A stretch of 64,000 nucleotides of DNA from an uncultured Bacteroidales bacterium (lineage in GTDB: Bacteria > Bacteroidota > Bacteroidia > Bacteroidales > UBA3824). The stretch is taken from positions 2,691-66,690 of the forward strand of contig CAMVLO010000002.1 in assembly GCA_947168365.1 (NCBI GenBank), read 5' to 3'. The notes under the pieces are model-generated. The model did no database searches. It was not told the origin of the DNA and was given only the letters and a program-made list of their open reading frames with translations. A program made the position numbers and the translations under genes. Below, in pieces: positions 42,171 through 52,700 of this stretch (position 1 is the stretch's first letter; each line of letters opens with the position of its first letter).

Positions 42171-42641
42171 ATGAATAACAAACAGAATCGTATCTCCTTG
42201 ATTTGTCAGATAATTGAGAACGAAACAGTAAGATCACAACAAGACATCTTGGAGAAACTGGCAGAACAAGGCGTAGAGATTACACAAGCTAGTTTGTCAC
42301 GTTATTTGAAAGAAATTCAGGCATCACGAATCCCTGACGGACGTGGCAGTTATGTTTACAAAATGCCTCCAACATCGGCACGAACAGTAAGCATGATAAG
42401 CAACGAAGTAATTTCAGTGGAATTTGTTGGTCCTAACATGGTGGTATTCAGAACAGACGGCGGATATGCCGATGCAGTCACCGTACAGATCGACGAAAGA
42501 AAACTTGATTTGATAGCTGGTACAGTATCCGGCGACGACACAATTTTGGTGATAATTCGTGACGGATATACAAGATCAGAAACAAGATCAATATTGATAA
42601 AAGAATTTCCATATATAAAAGATAAAATATTAAATGAATAA
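42171..42641 (+). CDS. argR: Arginine repressor
   Basis: 156 aa. Winged-helix N-terminus (ITQASLSRYLKEI) and a C-terminal oligomerisation/arginine-binding domain (GTVSGDDTILVI). Confidence 0.88.
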   Translation: MNNKQNRISLICQIIENETVRSQQDILEKLAEQGVEITQASLSRYLKEIQASRIPDGRGSYVYKMPPTSARTVSMISNEVISVEFVGPNMVVFRTDGGYADAVTVQIDERKLDLIAGTVSGDDTILVIIRDGYTRSETRSILIKEFPYIKDKILNE

Positions 42642-43719
42642 TCTTACAAAAGCAGAACTGCTTCTTGAAGACGGCACTTGTTATCAGGGCTACTCATTCG
42701 GATATGAGGGCCCTGTAGCTGGTGAAGTGGTTTTTAACACAGCAATGACAGGCTATACAGAAAGCCTAACAGACCCTTCTTACAAGGGACAGATATTGGT
42801 TTCCACTTATCCGCTTATCGGTAATTACGGAATTCCCGGCGATGAGGTTCAGGATGGGATGCCATTGTTTTTTGAGTCTGACCGTATTCACGTACAGGCA
42901 CTCATCGTTTCCGACTATTCATTTGAATACAGTCATTGGAACGCTAAAAAGTCGCTTGCCGATTGGTTGAAAGAAAACAAGGTACCCGGTATTTTCGGTA
43001 TTGATACCAGAGCTCTCACCAAGCGTCTTAGAGAAAAAGGTTCAATGCTTGGTAAAATTATCATCAACAATCAAGAGCCAGAGTGGTACGACCCCAACAA
43101 AGACAATCTTGTAGCACAAGTCAGTTGCAAAGAGCCTGTTACTTACGGCAACGGCAAATACAAAGTAGTGTTAGTGGATTGCGGTGTGAAAAACGCTATT
43201 ATCCGCAATTTTATAAAACGCGACGTTACGATAACGCGAGTTCCTTATGATTATGATTTTTCCAAATTGGAATACGATGGTTTGTTTATTTCTAATGGTC
43301 CCGGTGATCCTAAGATGTGTAAGCAAACCATTTCTCATATCTCAGAGGCTCTGAAGCAAGAAAAACCAATATTCGGTATTTGTCTTGGCAATCAGCTTTT
43401 GGCATTGGCTGCGGGTTTTGATACGTACAAATTAAAATACGGACATCGTTCTCACAATCAGCCGGTTTTGATGACTGGTACTGACAAATGTTTCATTACA
43501 AGTCAGAATCACGGTTTTGCAATCAACCTGCAATCTATCGATGACAATTGGATTCCTTGGTTCAACAATGTTAACGACGGCACTTCAGAAGGTATAAAAC
43601 ACAAGTCAAAACCATTTTTCTCGGTTCAGTTCCATCCTGAAGCTTGCGGCGGTCCTGTTGATACAGAATTCCTTTTTGATGATTTCATCGAATTAATAAA
43701 ACAATATACAGGCAAATAA
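42634..43719 (+). CDS. carA: Carbamoyl-phosphate synthase small (glutaminase) subunit
   Basis: GICLGNQLL active-site Cys block and VQFHPEA. Overlaps the argR stop by 8 nt. Confidence 0.93.
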   Translation: MNNLTKAELLLEDGTCYQGYSFGYEGPVAGEVVFNTAMTGYTESLTDPSYKGQILVSTYPLIGNYGIPGDEVQDGMPLFFESDRIHVQALIVSDYSFEYSHWNAKKSLADWLKENKVPGIFGIDTRALTKRLREKGSMLGKIIINNQEPEWYDPNKDNLVAQVSCKEPVTYGNGKYKVVLVDCGVKNAIIRNFIKRDVTITRVPYDYDFSKLEYDGLFISNGPGDPKMCKQTISHISEALKQEKPIFGICLGNQLLALAAGFDTYKLKYGHRSHNQPVLMTGTDKCFITSQNHGFAINLQSIDDNWIPWFNNVNDGTSEGIKHKSKPFFSVQFHPEACGGPVDTEFLFDDFIELIKQYTGK

Positions 43720-43730
43720 ATCTTACTATT

Positions 43731-45062
43731 ATGAAACTTTGGGATAAAGGATTTGATACTGAGGAATTTGTAAACCGTTTTACTGTCGGAAAAGACCGTG
43801 AAATGGATTTGTATCTTGCTCAATATGATGTCCTTGGCTGTATGGCTCATGCCAAAATGCTCAACAAAACAGGGCTGCTCTCGGATGAGGACATCAACGC
43901 GCTGATTCCGGAGCTCAAAAAAATTTACGCCAAGGCTCTTGAGGGCAAATTCGTAATTGAAGATGATGTAGAAGATGTTCATTCTCAAATAGAATTTGAA
44001 CTTACAAATGCTTGCGGCGACCCCGGTAAAAAAATTCACACTGCCCGCTCTCGAAACGATCAAGTTGTTACTGCTGTAAGACTTTTCACAAGAGCTAAAC
44101 TTCAAAATATTATCGAAAGTGTAAAAACATTGTTTGAAACATTTGTTTCGCTTTCCGAAAAATACAAAGAAGTATTGATGCCGGGATACACTCATTTGCA
44201 GATTGCCATGCCGTCCAGTTTCGGGATGTGGTTCGGAGCTTTTGCCGAAAGCCTTTCCGACGACCTTTGGACTCTCTTTTCTGCATGGAAAATCAACAAT
44301 CGCAATCCTCTTGGCTCTGCTGCCGGTTATGGTTCAAGTTTCCCTATCGACCGTCAGATGACTTCCGATCTCCTTGGATTTGATTCTCCTGACTATAATT
44401 CTGTTTATGCCCAGATGACACGCGGCAAAGCCGAAACTGCTGTGGCTGCTGCATTGGCTCAGTTGTCGCAGACATTGGCTAAATTTGCCGCTGATTGTTG
44501 TTTGTTTATGAGTCAGAATTTCAAATTCATTTCTCTACCTAAAGAATATACTACCGGATCTTCCATAATGCCTCACAAAGCTAATCCTGATGTGTTTGAA
44601 CTCATGCGCGGATATTGCAACAAGATATCTGTATTGCCGTTTGAACTCAACAGAATTACCGGAAATCTTACCACCGGATATTTCAGAGATTTGCAATTAC
44701 TGAAAGAAAGTTATCTCCCGGTTTTTGAGAGAATGCAGATGTGTTTGGATTTTATGACATTTATATTACCCAAAATAAAGCCTGCTGAAGATATTCTCAA
44801 AAACGAGATGTATCAACCGATTTTTACAGTAGAGGCTCTCAATGAATATGTTGTAAAAGGTGTACCGTTCCGCGATGCCTACAAAGAAGTCGGGCATCAG
44901 GTAATGGAAGGTAAATTCCATTGGGACAAGCCGTTGAATCATACTCATATTGGAAGTATCGGTAATCTTTGCAACGATAAAATTCAGGAAAATTTCAATA
45001 GTATCTACGCACATTTCCAATTCGATAAGGTGGAAACTGCAATAGAAAACTTGTTGAAGTAA
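43731..45062 (+). CDS. argH: Argininosuccinate lyase
   Basis: Fumarate-lyase signature GSSIMPHKANPD and TARSRNDQV. Confidence 0.93.
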   Translation: MKLWDKGFDTEEFVNRFTVGKDREMDLYLAQYDVLGCMAHAKMLNKTGLLSDEDINALIPELKKIYAKALEGKFVIEDDVEDVHSQIEFELTNACGDPGKKIHTARSRNDQVVTAVRLFTRAKLQNIIESVKTLFETFVSLSEKYKEVLMPGYTHLQIAMPSSFGMWFGAFAESLSDDLWTLFSAWKINNRNPLGSAAGYGSSFPIDRQMTSDLLGFDSPDYNSVYAQMTRGKAETAVAAALAQLSQTLAKFAADCCLFMSQNFKFISLPKEYTTGSSIMPHKANPDVFELMRGYCNKISVLPFELNRITGNLTTGYFRDLQLLKESYLPVFERMQMCLDFMTFILPKIKPAEDILKNEMYQPIFTVEALNEYVVKGVPFRDAYKEVGHQVMEGKFHWDKPLNHTHIGSIGNLCNDKIQENFNSIYAHFQFDKVETAIENLLK

Positions 45063-45116
45063 AAGAATAATAAAACTTAATCCTGACAATAAAATTGACA
45101 ATTATTTCATACGATC

Positions 45117-48100
45117 ATGAAATTTAACGACATACACAAAGTGCTGCTCCTTGGTTCGGGAGCTTTGAAAATCGGCGAGGCCGGCGAATTTGACTATTCC
45201 GGCTCGCAGGCCTTGAAAGCCCTCAGGGAAGAAGGCATCGAAACCGTCCTCGTGAACCCTAATATCGCGACGGTTCAAACTTCGGAAAATGTGGCTGACA
45301 AAATATATTTTCTGCCCGTAACTCCCGAATTTGTTGAAAAAGTAATCGCTAAAGAAAGACCGGACGGCATTTTGTTGTCTTTTGGCGGTCAGACTGCACT
45401 TAACTGCGGTGTTGCTTTGCATCGTCAAGGTATACTCGAAAAATATAATGTTAAGGTAATCGGTACTCCTGTTGAGGCGATTATTGATACAGAAGACAGA
45501 GATATTTTTAATCAAAAACTTGCAGAGATTGATGTTAACTTTACAAAATCTCATGCTACTGAAACTGTAGAAGAAGCATTGAAGGCAGCAAACGAACTCG
45601 GCTACCCGGTAATTCTTCGTGCGGCATACGCACTTGGCGGTTTGGGTTCTGGTTTTTGTAACAACGATGATGAACTCAAGGCTTTGGCTTCTAAGGCTTT
45701 TACATATTCCAATCAAGTTTTGGTTGAAAAATCGCTCAAGGGTTGGAAAGAAATTGAATACGAAGTAGTTCGCGACCGTTACGACAATTGTATTACTGTT
45801 TGTAACATGGAAAATTTCGACCCGCTTGGTATTCACACCGGCGAAAGTATCGTTGTTGCACCGTCTCAAACTCTTACAAACTCTGAATTCCATAAACTCA
45901 GAGCCATTGCAATTAAAATTATCCGTCATATCGGAATTGTTGGTGAATGTAATGTTCAATATGCACTCGATCCTAATTCAGAAGATTATCGTGTAATTGA
46001 AGTTAACGCAAGACTTTCACGTTCATCGGCTTTGGCATCTAAGGCTACAGGATATCCGTTGGCATTTGTTGCTGCAAAACTCGGTCTTGGTTACGGCTTG
46101 CACGAGCTGAAAAATACTGTAACAAAAGTTACAACAGCTTGTTTTGAACCGGCTTTGGACTATTGCGTAGTTAAGATTCCGCGTTGGGACCTCAATAAAT
46201 TTGTGGGCGTAAGCAAGGAAATCGGCTCGGCAATGAAATCGGTCGGCGAAATTATGGCTATCGGACGATCTTTTGAAGAAGCAATTCAAAAAGGTCTTCG
46301 TATGATTGGTCAAGGTATGCACGGTTTGCTTGGTAACAAACATATCGATGATATTTCAAAAGAGCTTACCGAACCTACTGATATGCGTATCTTTGCAATT
46401 GCCGACGCTTTTGCAAATGGTTTTAGTGTTGACAAAATACATGACCTTACAAAAATTGATAAGTGGTTTATTTGCAAGCTCAAACATATTTTCGACCTTG
46501 GTGAAGAACTCAAGAAATTCAACAAGATTGAAGAACTTTCCGACGAATTCCTTCTTGAAGTAAAGAAAGCCGGATTCTCTGATTTCCAACTTGCAAAACT
46601 CGTTTACAAGCATACTAAAGTTGATATCACTTCTGATATGATGCTTGTAAGAGATTATCGTAAAAAACGCGGTATCACACCGTTTGTAAAACAGATAGAT
46701 ACATTGGCTGCCGAATATCCGGCTCAGACAAATTATCTTTATGTAACATACAACGGCTCTGAACATGATATTGATTTCTATGACGACAAAAAATCTGTAA
46801 TTGTACTTGGTTCAGGTGCTTACAGAATCGGAAGTTCAGTAGAATTCGATTGGTGCGGTGTAAATGCAATTAATACAATCCGTAAACGCGGCTACCGTTC
46901 TATTATGATTAATTACAATCCGGAAACCGTTTCTACAGATTACGATACTTGCGACCGTTTGTATTTTGATGAACTTTCATTTGAGAGAGTTTTGGATATT
47001 TACGACCTTGAAATGCCTATGGGTGTGGTAGTTTCTACAGGTGGTCAGATTCCGAACAACCTTGCAATGCGACTTTATCAAGTAAACGTTCCTGTACTTG
47101 GAACTTCGCCTCTAAACATCGATAAAGCTGAAGACCGCAACAAATTCTCTGAACTTTGTGACAAATTTAATATCGATCAGCCGCGTTGGAAAGAGCTTAC
47201 CAAGATAGAAGATATCATGACATTTGCCGACGAAGTAGGATTCCCGCTTTTGATTCGTCCTTCTTACGTACTTTCCGGTGCTGCTATGAGCGTGGTAAGC
47301 AACAAAACCGAGCTTGAACATTTCTTGAAACTTGCTGCTACAGTTTCTAAACAGTATCCTGTAGTTGTAACACAGTTTATTGAAAATGCCAAAGAAGTGG
47401 ATTTTGATGCTGTAGCTCAAAACGGTGAACTTATAATCTATGCAATTTCAGAACATCAGGAATTTGCAGGAGTTCACTCCGGCGATGCTACAATGCTTTT
47501 CCCGCCGCAGAAACTTTATGTAGAAACAGTCCGCAGAATAAAACATGTTGCAAAACTTCTTGCAAAACAACTTGAAATTTCTGGACCGTTCAACATGCAG
47601 TTCCTCGCTAAGGACAACGATATCAAAGTAATAGAACTTAACCTTCGTGCTTCACGTTCATTCCCGTTTGTATCAAAAGTTCTCAAGACAAACTTTATTG
47701 AGTATGCTACAGATATTATGTTGGGAATAAAAGTAACACCACCGGCAAAAACATTGTTTGACCTTGAATATGTCGGCATAAAAGCACCACAATTCTCATT
47801 CTCACGTCTTGCGAAGGCAGACCCGATTTTGGGAGTTGAAATGGCTTCTACAGGCGAGGTTGGTTGCTTGGGTGAAAATTATTACGAGGCTATTCTAAAA
47901 TCAATGCTTTCAGTGGGTTACAAGATTCCGAAGAAAAATATTTTGATTTCTTCCGGACCTATGAAAGACAAAGTACAGCTTCTCGGACCTGTTCAGGCAT
48001 TGAAAGAAAAAGGTTTCAACATCTTCTGTACCCGCGGAACTTCCAATTTCTTCCACGAAAACGGTATTGAAACTTCAATCCTCAATTGGCCGGACGACGA

Positions 48101-48344
48101 CCGTAAGCCGAATATTGCGGATTATATTCGTGACCATAAGATTGATTTGGTTATCAATATTCCGAAAAACCTTTCAAAAACCGAATTGGACAAGGATTAT
48201 GTAATCCGTCGTATGGCAATTGACTTCAACATCCCGTTGTTGACCAATGCTCGTCTTGCAAGTGCATTTATCATGGCATTTACAAAATATTCGGTTGATG
48301 ACCTTCAGATCAAGAGTTGGAACGAGTATTCTAACAACTTGTAA
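45117..48344 (+). CDS. carB: Carbamoyl-phosphate synthase large subunit
   Basis: 1075 aa with duplicated ATP-grasp halves and a C-terminal MGS-like domain. Confidence 0.96.
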   Translation: MKFNDIHKVLLLGSGALKIGEAGEFDYSGSQALKALREEGIETVLVNPNIATVQTSENVADKIYFLPVTPEFVEKVIAKERPDGILLSFGGQTALNCGVALHRQGILEKYNVKVIGTPVEAIIDTEDRDIFNQKLAEIDVNFTKSHATETVEEALKAANELGYPVILRAAYALGGLGSGFCNNDDELKALASKAFTYSNQVLVEKSLKGWKEIEYEVVRDRYDNCITVCNMENFDPLGIHTGESIVVAPSQTLTNSEFHKLRAIAIKIIRHIGIVGECNVQYALDPNSEDYRVIEVNARLSRSSALASKATGYPLAFVAAKLGLGYGLHELKNTVTKVTTACFEPALDYCVVKIPRWDLNKFVGVSKEIGSAMKSVGEIMAIGRSFEEAIQKGLRMIGQGMHGLLGNKHIDDISKELTEPTDMRIFAIADAFANGFSVDKIHDLTKIDKWFICKLKHIFDLGEELKKFNKIEELSDEFLLEVKKAGFSDFQLAKLVYKHTKVDITSDMMLVRDYRKKRGITPFVKQIDTLAAEYPAQTNYLYVTYNGSEHDIDFYDDKKSVIVLGSGAYRIGSSVEFDWCGVNAINTIRKRGYRSIMINYNPETVSTDYDTCDRLYFDELSFERVLDIYDLEMPMGVVVSTGGQIPNNLAMRLYQVNVPVLGTSPLNIDKAEDRNKFSELCDKFNIDQPRWKELTKIEDIMTFADEVGFPLLIRPSYVLSGAAMSVVSNKTELEHFLKLAATVSKQYPVVVTQFIENAKEVDFDAVAQNGELIIYAISEHQEFAGVHSGDATMLFPPQKLYVETVRRIKHVAKLLAKQLEISGPFNMQFLAKDNDIKVIELNLRASRSFPFVSKVLKTNFIEYATDIMLGIKVTPPAKTLFDLEYVGIKAPQFSFSRLAKADPILGVEMASTGEVGCLGENYYEAILKSMLSVGYKIPKKNILISSGPMKDKVQLLGPVQALKEKGFNIFCTRGTSNFFHENGIETSILNWPDDDRKPNIADYIRDHKIDLVINIPKNLSKTELDKDYVIRRMAIDFNIPLLTNARLASAFIMAFTKYSVDDLQIKSWNEYSNNL

Positions 48345-48378
48345 TCACCGGTAAATTTTTACTATAATTCTCTATAAG

Positions 48379-48423
48379 CAGGGAAGTGCTGATATAAATT
48401 TCAGTATTTCCCTGTTTTTTTTA
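48379..48423 (+). terminator. Intrinsic terminator after carB
   Basis: 14-bp stem CAGGGAAGTGCTGA/TCAGTATTTCCCTG plus T8. Confidence 0.8.
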
Positions 48424-48523
48424 TTCAAGATAATTTAGTTTTCCAGTATTGATTTATTTTTGAATTTAAAAATATTTCAATTTTTTATTTGGGGTTCAAA
48501 AAACTTTTTTATATTTGCCTTTG

Positions 48524-48755
48524 GAAATTCGGCTCTATATACCCGTTTTCCGACATAAGACATTTTACGAAAGCGTTATGCTTTTCTTGCAACAGAAACC
48601 TGAGAAATTTCTAATAAACAGCAAGAGAATGCATAGCGGTTTCGCCTATCATATATAGGCGTGAACTGCTATAATTGTATCTTTGCTGTTAGGTAATTCT
48701 CAGGACCTCTGTTGCGGATATGATTGTAAGTGTATGCGGTTCGCGCTTTCTTTTT
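48524..48755 (+). ncRNA. Candidate structured small RNA or leader of unknown class: a 5' hairpin plus a 182-nt imperfect rod
   Basis: Promoter elements TTTG (48488-48491) and TATATTTG (48510-48517). Nested helices: 48569-75/48744-50, 48589-96/48708-15, 48599-606/48697-704, 48617-28/48680-90, 48633-37/48668-72 and 48643-49/48655-61. A T run follows at 48751-48755. Confidence 0.4.
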
Positions 48756-48807
48756 ATTATCTACAAATACCTTTTCTGGGCTGCAAAAAGGAACAATCTT
48801 TAAAATT

Positions 48808-49347
48808 ATGAAAAAACTATTAATTCTTTTGGTGTGCATTATTGGCAGTTTATCTGTTTCAGCACAAAATGAAAGCACTGATTATCTCACAAGAGGATAT
48901 CGTGGTTTCGCAGAAATGGGATTGCGTCCTTTGATTTCAGAGCCTGATTTTTCAAGTTCTGCAATTACTACGATTCATGGATATCATTCGGGGTATGGAT
49001 TTATTGGAGGAGGTTTGTCGATACAACCTTATTCGTTCAGTTATCGAGGTGAAGATTATTCATTTTCTGAAACAGCAATTTTTTTTGATAGTCGTCTAGA
49101 ACTTCCTAAAAAAATTTCTCCTTTTATAGATACAAGAATTGGCTTTGTTGCTGGTGATTTTTCTGGTTTTTATTTAGCACAAGCTGTTGGTGTCAGATTC
49201 CTTCGTTTCAGTTTATCAATCGGTTATGAGGATGAGTGGTTTTCTTCTTTTGAAATTGATGGTGTTAATTATGATTTGGAAGAGAAGATAACAATGAAAT
49301 CTTTGATGTTGAATTTTACTGTAGAATGGGGAGCTCGTAAAAAATAA
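48808..49347 (+). CDS. Small secreted, probable outer-membrane beta-barrel protein
   Basis: Signal peptide MKKLLILLVCIIGSLSVSAQ and Gly/aromatic-rich alternating strands. I chose the start at 48808 because the tracked start at 48730 overlaps the structured RNA. Confidence 0.55.
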   Translation: MKKLLILLVCIIGSLSVSAQNESTDYLTRGYRGFAEMGLRPLISEPDFSSSAITTIHGYHSGYGFIGGGLSIQPYSFSYRGEDYSFSETAIFFDSRLELPKKISPFIDTRIGFVAGDFSGFYLAQAVGVRFLRFSLSIGYEDEWFSSFEIDGVNYDLEEKITMKSLMLNFTVEWGARKK

Positions 49348-49395
49348 TTTATAACTATGTTTAGGTTATAAAATTATTATATGACGAAATTAAAT

Positions 49396-49437
49396 TAAAA
49401 AATCCACGGAAAAATATTTCTTTTCGTGGATTTTTTT
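49396..49437. terminator. Bidirectional hairpin terminator
   Basis: AAAAAATCCACGGAAA/TTTTCGTGGATTTTTTT. Confidence 0.7.
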
Positions 49438-49594
49438 AATTAATTTAAATCTTTAGAATTTTTCATTATTGATGATATTAACGAAAAGAAGTTTACAAGG
49501 CATAAAGAGTTATAATTTAATAGATTTAAGATATTTCGTTGAGTTGTTGTGCTTTAATTTTATAATCTTTGCGGGGATATTCAATATTTTTTTC

Positions 49595-49684
49595 AAAAAT
49601 CCAAATATTTAAATCGTCGTTTTTTATAAAAATCCAAATATTTAAATCGTCACTTTTTATAAAAATCCAAACATTTAAATTTTT
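49595..49684. repeat. 33-bp tandem repeat, about 2.7 units (AAAAATCCAAATATTTAAATCGTC[GT/AC]TTTTTAT)
   Basis: Units at 49595, 49628 and 49661. The array lies in the convergent spacer between the beta-barrel gene and infB. Confidence 0.85.
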
Positions 49685-49718
49685 GATGTCCGAAAATACA
49701 GTACAAATAAAAACAAAA

Positions 49719-49748
49719 AAGGATAGCCATTTGTTATTGACTATCCTT
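49719..49748 (-). terminator. infB terminator
   Basis: Stem AAGGATAG/CTATCCTT. On the minus strand it is followed by TTTTTTGTTTTTATTTG. Confidence 0.6.
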
Positions 49749-49777
49749 AATTTTATTTTGGTGTAGTGAAAATTCTA

Positions 49778-52700
49778 TTAGTTGATAGGAGGGAGGGTTT
49801 TCTTAACCTCTTTCTCTTCGTAGGATTCTATGATATCTCCAACTTGAAGATCGTTGAATCCTTGGATATTCAAACCGCATTCTGTTCCCATCGGTACTTC
49901 TTTAGCATCGTCTTTGTAGTGTTTGAGTGATGCAAGTTCACCGTTGAAAATTACAATACCGTCTCTTACTACGCGGCATTTGTTTGTTCGGATGATTTTT
50001 CCTTCTTTTACCAAGCAACCGGCAATTGTACCAACTTTGCTGATTTTGAATAATTGTTGTACTTCGGCAGTACCGGTTTGTTCTTCTTTGAGTTCCGGTG
50101 CCAAAAGTCCTTCCATAGCATCGCGAACATCATCAATAGCGTCGTAAATGATTGAGTACATCTTGATAGAAATACCCTCTTTTTCAGCAAGTTTCTTTGC
50201 ACTGGCAGCCGGACGTACTTGGAATCCGATAATCAATGCGTTGGATGCACTTGCCAACAAAACGTCGCTTTCTGAAATCTGACCTACTGCTTTGGCGATT
50301 ACTTTTACTTGAACTTCTTCTGTTGAAAGTTTTTCCAAAGAGTCTGTCAAAGCTTCCACTGAACCTTGAACATCACCTTTGATGATGATATTGAGTTCTT
50401 GGAAGTTACCGATAGCGATACGACGACCGATTTCTTCGAGAGTAACGTGTTTCTGAGTACGAGCACCCATTTCACGTTCCAACATACCGCGTTGATTTGC
50501 TTTTTCGCGTGCAGAACGTTCGTCAGGCATTACTTTGAACTTGTCACCGGCAACAGGAGCACCGTCAAGACCTAGAATTACCGCAGGCTCAGCGGGTCTT
50601 GCTTCTGTAATTTTTTTGCCACGTTCGTTGAACATCGCTTTGATTTTTCCTGAGTGACTTCCTGCCCAAACTACGTCGCCTACTTTGAGTACACCGCCTT
50701 CTACAATTATTGTTGCTACAAAACCGCGACCTTTATCCAATGACGACTCAATAATAGAGCCGATAGCTGGTTTGTGATAGTTGGCTTTCAGTTCAAGGAT
50801 TTCTGCTTGCAAAAGTATGAGATCCAAAAGTTTGTCAACATTGATACCTTTTTTTGCAGAGATGTCCATAGAACCGTATTTACCGCCCCAATCTTCTACC
50901 AAGAAATTCTTGTTAGCGAGGGCTTCTTTTATTTTGTCGGGATTAGCGCCCGGTTTGTCTATCTTGTTGATAGCAAAGATAATTGGAACGCCGGCAGCTT
51001 GAGCATGAGCAATAGCTTCCTCGGTTTGAGGCATGATACTGTCGTCGGCTGCTATCACGATTACAGCGATATCGGTGATTTTAGCACCGCGGGCACGCAT
51101 TGCAGTAAAAGCTTCGTGACCCGGAGTATCGAGGAATGTGATATGTTTGCCGTCAGGAAGTTCCACATTGTAAGCACCGATGTGCTGAGTGATACCGCCT
51201 GCTTCACCTGCGATAACGTTGGTATTGCGGATATAGTCAAGCAACGAAGTTTTACCGTGGTCTACGTGACCCATGATAGTTACGATAGGAGGTCTTGGTT
51301 CAAGATCTTCCGGATTTTCGTCTTCAGAATCATCGGTTACTTCGGCATCAGCATCGATATATTCTACGTCAAAACCAAATTCGCTGGCGATTACATCAAT
51401 AAGGTTTGCATCAAGTCGCTGATTGATAGAAACAGCTTCACCAAGGTCGAATGCAGTTGCAATTACTTGGTTTACTTGTACATCCATCAATGTTGCAAGT
51501 TCGTTAGCAGTAAGGAACTCTGTAACTTTGAGAATCTTTTTCTCTTGCTCTTCTTGAGCCTCCAATTCAGCAGCTTTGGTACGAACTTCTTCACGTTTTT
51601 CACGACGGCGTTTTGATGCTTTAGTTTTACCTTTGCTACCCTGAAGTTTTGCAAGAGTTTCTTTTATCTGTTTGTTAACATCTTCTTCAGTAAGTTCAGG
51701 TAGAGGTTGACGACGGTTGTCTTTGCCTTTTCCGCCTTTGTTGAAACGGTTTTCACTTTTTCCGCCGTTGTTGTTGCGTTCGCCGTCCTTGTTGTTACGG
51801 TCGAATTTACCATCTTTGTTACCGCCGCCTTTTTGGTTGCTGCGATCTTTGTTTCCTTTGCCTTCTTTTTCGCCTTGACCTTCTTTGTTGTGACGTTTTT
51901 TACCTTCTTTAGGTGTTTCAGAGCCTTTTTCAGAGATGTCAACGCGCTCTTTGTCAATACGTTTACGTTTTTTCTTACGTTTTGACTTTTTGTCGTCGGC
52001 AGTCGGAAGTTCTATTTTACCCAAAACAGTAGGACCGGTAAGTTTAGAAGTATTCGGACGGAAGATGTCGTCTTCTTCTTCGTCTACAGAGTTGTCGGTT
52101 TCCGGAGCTGCCGGAATTTGCTCTGTTTGTTTTACTTCAGGTTTCGGTTGTTCCTGTTTAGGCTGCTGTTGCTGAGCTTGTTTTTGTTTTTCAGCAGCTT
52201 GTTTAGCAGCTTGTTGGTTATCCTTCTGACGCTGTTCGCGTTCCTGCTGTTTTTCGCTCTTTGATTTTTTGTCAGGGCGAGTTTTGGTATTTATACTATT
52301 CAAGTCAATCTTACCCAAAACCTTGAAGTTTTGACCTTCCGAAGGTTTGTTTTGTGCAGCTTTTGGCTGAGGATTGTTGTCCTTTTCTTCAGGAGTTTCT
52401 TGTTTCTTTACTTCTTGTGGTTGTGAGTTCTGATTGCTTGTTGGTTTGGCGTTTTTGTTTTTGTCCAAATCAATTTTGCCTAACACTTTAACTTCCGCTT
52501 TGTTTGGAACTTGATTAGTGTTTTCAGTTTTCTCTGCTTGTTTTTTCGCTTTGGTTTCTGCTGAGATAGCTTTTTTTCTTTCTTTTTCGATCTCAGCCTG
52601 CTTTTCCATTTGTTTCTTTGCTATAATATCCGAGCTGAACTCTTTAACGAGAATATCGTACTGTTTCATATCGATTCTGTGATTAGGGTTGTTTTCTACT

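Noticed and set aside
48524-48755. Identifying the structured intergenic RNA as SRP RNA, tmRNA, RNase P RNA or a definite 6S RNA.
   Set aside because: There is no GGAA-type SRP tetraloop with conserved symmetric loop, no tRNA-like end or tag ORF, and no GAGGAAAGUCC-type P4 motif. The 6S-like features (length, rod shape) are offset by a non-central bubble and a short closing stem, so I left it as unknown class.
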